Origin: Roseibacillus sp.
GTDB taxonomy: Bacteria; Verrucomicrobiota; Verrucomicrobiia; Verrucomicrobiales; Akkermansiaceae
DNA length: 64,000 nt
Assembly (NCBI GenBank): GCA_965242925.1
Contig: CBDEUM010000022.1
Span: 32,001 to 96,000, forward strand
Direction of reading: 5' to 3'
Below the pieces are notes generated by a model. It saw nothing but the letters and a program-made list of their open reading frames with translations. It was not told where the DNA came from and did not search any database. This document shows, in pieces, positions 61,711 through 64,000 of this stretch; the first letter of the stretch is position 1; each line of letters starts with the position of its first letter. The position numbers were made by a program, and so were the translations under genes.

Positions 61711-64000
61711 CTAAAACTTCAGCTGTAACTCGGCCGTAGCCACCGATGTCACATCCGGTCGTTCCTGCAGCGAGTTCCAGATGGCCTGCACACCCCGCTC
61801 CACCTTGCCCCGAAAGACCTCCCGGCCATCCGCCTTCACCACCACCGGCTGGTCCAGATCCAGCAACTGGTCGCTCAGGCGCAACTTGAGCTCCTTCCGG
61901 CCGCCCGCACTAAGGGTGATCTCCTGTCCCTTCACTTCCGCTTCCACCGTCTGCCCGCCCTTCGCCGTTCCCCTGGCTACAGCGAGCCAGTAAAACCGCT
62001 CGTGCGTGCGCCCACTCTGGTGCCACACGATTTTCTTCGGCCACGGATTGCGCGTCCTGGTGATCATCCACGGCAGAGCCTCACGATCATCACGATTCAT
62101 CCAGTGCCCATGCTGGGGATAGATCGTAACCTTGTGCTCGTAGCCCCCGGGATCCCCCTTGCGCAGGGCACCGAGTTTCTTTCCCCATTCGGCGGCCACC
62201 CTGTTCCGCCCGTAGGCCCCATCCTTGCCACCCATGAAGATCATGAAGGGCAGATTCCGCAGCCCAAGCGGGTTGGCATTGTTGGGATGCCCCGCCATCA
62301 TGGCGGCCGAGGCGAAGCGGTCCGCCATTCGCGGCGCAAGCTGGTAGACACCATCGCCACCGGCCGAGTAGCCCATGAGGTAGACCCGGTTCGCGTCGAC
62401 ACCGCGGGTTATCACGAAATTCTCGATCAAGCGGTCGAACAGGTCGTCAATATGCCCCTGGTGCCAGAGGTTCCAGGTATTGGTCGGCGCTCGCGGGGCC
62501 ACCACGACTCCCTCCTTTGGTTCGTAGAGTCGGATCTGGTTCTGCCACTGCTGCTCGTTGACCCGGGCCGGGGCTCCGCCGCCACCATGCATCGAGATCC
62601 AGAGGGAACGCTTCCCCTCAGGAACCTTTCCGAAGCTGCGCTCCAGGATCTTCATCTCCTTCCCGGCGGCCTTCACCACCTGGCCCTCCATCTCTGCCTT
62701 GCGCTCTTCCGCAAGTTCCTTGCGCAAAGTCTGCCAGATCAGAGTCCTCGCCTCCCCCGCATCCTTCCTGGAAAGGGCCCCTCCCGGGACCGAGAGATGA
62801 CGCTCCTCCGGCAGGAGCGCCAGCCACTGCCTGACCGCCTTGAGAGGCAAACTGTCCTTTCCCAGTTCGGACCAGACCAGGTCGATCGTTCCCTCCCCCT
62901 CCTTCACCGCCTTGAAGATTTCCCAGCGAACTTCCTCGCCGTACTTCACCCGCAGACGATACTCTGCCCCCGTTCTGATCCTGACTGCGGGCATGTCGTT
63001 GAGGTCAGTGGTCCCAGCCTTCGTGGTCACCATCTCCAGGACCTTCCCACTGCTGTTGAGCAGTTCCACCGTAGCCACCAGGCGCTCACCGCCCTGCTTC
63101 TCCCGCAACCGGAGGTAGACGGTGGCCTCCTTCGCCTTCTTTCCCTGGTCCTTTGCATACCGCCCGGTCACGTTGACAGCGGCCACCTCCTGGTTCTGGA
63201 GATCCCACACCATCGGGAAGTGCGCACCCGTCTTCTTCCACGAGGTGGCCCAGATCGCATGACGCCAGTCCTCCGCGATGGCCTTGGAAGCATCCCCCAC
63301 GAACCAGGCACGGTTCAACCCGGCATTGCTGTACTCGTCCGCCCCGGTGAAGTGCCAGGTCCCGGAATCGTAAACCTCAACCCAGGTGTGATTGCCTCGC
63401 TTGTTACTCCACAGGGCGGTCCCGGCCACCCGGGCGGGCACGCCCACCGAACGACAGGCGTCCACCATGATGATCGAGAGTCCGGTACAGGTGGCCTTAC
63501 CCAGTTCAATCGACTCGGAGGGACTCTGGTTGGGCTCCTTCCGGCCCGTGTTGTAATGCACCTTGATGAGCTTGAAGAAGTCCTTGTTGATGGCCTGGGC
63601 TGCTTCCGTGGTCGTCCTGCAGTCCTTCACCAGCTCTGCGCACTTCCCGTAGAAGTCCGCCCGCCACGCCTCGCGGGTCTCATCGAGAGAAGCGTAGGGC
63701 ACCACATCGTTGAAGAAGACCTCCTCCGGCAATCCCTTCACCCACGGGAATTCCTCCCGCGCCTTGAGCGCCAGGCCCAGGTTATCCAGCAGGAATTCGC
63801 TCTTAAGCCCCTTCAGGTCCACCGCCGACATGCCTTCCACGAGGTAAACCGCCGCTTTCTCACCAAACTCGCCATGCTTCTCACGGGCCGTTTTCACGAA
63901 ACCCGAGATTTCCGCCGCGTTGCCTTCTGCAACCGCGAGGCGTTTCTCCCACTCTGCTTCCCCCCAGCCGGGCCCAATCGAGAGAAACCCCGCCAGAACG
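61711..64000 (-). CDS. Transglutaminase-like domain fused to a PHB-depolymerase-like alpha/beta-hydrolase; 5' end lies beyond the window
   Basis: Frame is open to the window edge (…VLAGFLSIGPGWGEAEWEK). ATCTGLS…CRSVGVPARVAG…NHTWVEV (TGase Cys/His). SMHGGG…YLMGYSAGGDG…HGHWM (hydrolase). Confidence 0.85.
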   Translation of the reverse strand, partial: VLAGFLSIGPGWGEAEWEKRLAVAEGNAAEISGFVKTAREKHGEFGEKAAVYLVEGMSAVDLKGLKSEFLLDNLGLALKAREEFPWVKGLPEEVFFNDVVPYASLDETREAWRADFYGKCAELVKDCRTTTEAAQAINKDFFKLIKVHYNTGRKEPNQSPSESIELGKATCTGLSIIMVDACRSVGVPARVAGTALWSNKRGNHTWVEVYDSGTWHFTGADEYSNAGLNRAWFVGDASKAIAEDWRHAIWATSWKKTGAHFPMVWDLQNQEVAAVNVTGRYAKDQGKKAKEATVYLRLREKQGGERLVATVELLNSSGKVLEMVTTKAGTTDLNDMPAVRIRTGAEYRLRVKYGEEVRWEIFKAVKEGEGTIDLVWSELGKDSLPLKAVRQWLALLPEERHLSVPGGALSRKDAGEARTLIWQTLRKELAEERKAEMEGQVVKAAGKEMKILERSFGKVPEGKRSLWISMHGGGGAPARVNEQQWQNQIRLYEPKEGVVVAPRAPTNTWNLWHQGHIDDLFDRLIENFVITRGVDANRVYLMGYSAGGDGVYQLAPRMADRFASAAMMAGHPNNANPLGLRNLPFMIFMGGKDGAYGRNRVAAEWGKKLGALRKGDPGGYEHKVTIYPQHGHWMNRDDREALPWMITRTRNPWPKKIVWHQSGRTHERFYWLAVARGTAKGGQTVEAEVKGQEITLSAGGRKELKLRLSDQLLDLDQPVVVKADGREVFRGKVERGVQAIWNSLQERPDVTSVATAELQLKF

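Noticed and set aside
1..64000. rRNA, tRNA (including tRNA-Sec), IS/transposase, integrase or site-specific invertase
   Set aside because: None recognised by eye in the ORFs or spacers. A tRNAscan-SE/Infernal run would be needed to exclude small RNAs.

Overview
High-GC bacterial DNA, most likely from a Verrucomicrobiota (Verrucomicrobiales-like) genome. This is inferred from the PEP-CTERM proteins, a Verru_Chthon-A-like pilin-type protein and giant lamin-tail/CotH proteins. The left third (0.8-24.5 kb) is a cell-surface locus. Two convergent giant adhesin-like paralogues share a ~1.33 kb near-identical inverted repeat that encodes three tandem C1q/BclA-like domains. They enclose a PEP-CTERM gene and a CotH-kinase/lamin-tail gene, and are followed by a PilX-like giant protein and its divergent partner. 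The middle holds ThuA, a PL10 pectate lyase, an esterase, a Cys-rich Bfd ferredoxin with a Fur-like box, a two-gene NAD-linked formate dehydrogenase with an in-frame UGA plus SECIS-like hairpin (selenocysteine), PhoD-like and purple acid phosphatases, a SASA esterase, a sulfatase remnant and a ~2650-aa CotH/beta-helix protein. The right part has housekeeping and accessory enzymes: O-methyltransferase, VTT, PNPOx-like, AKR, HDAC-like, hflKC, ceramidase-like, a tandem hydrolase, a ferritin-like DUF455/ATP-grasp fusion, CBM9-like, and a transglutaminase-hydrolase fusion. Seven single-base frameshifts, all in short homopolymers, split otherwise continuous genes and are probably mostly sequencing errors. 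I recognised no rRNA, tRNA, CRISPR array or transposase. Family assignments come from motif recognition by eye, not database searches.
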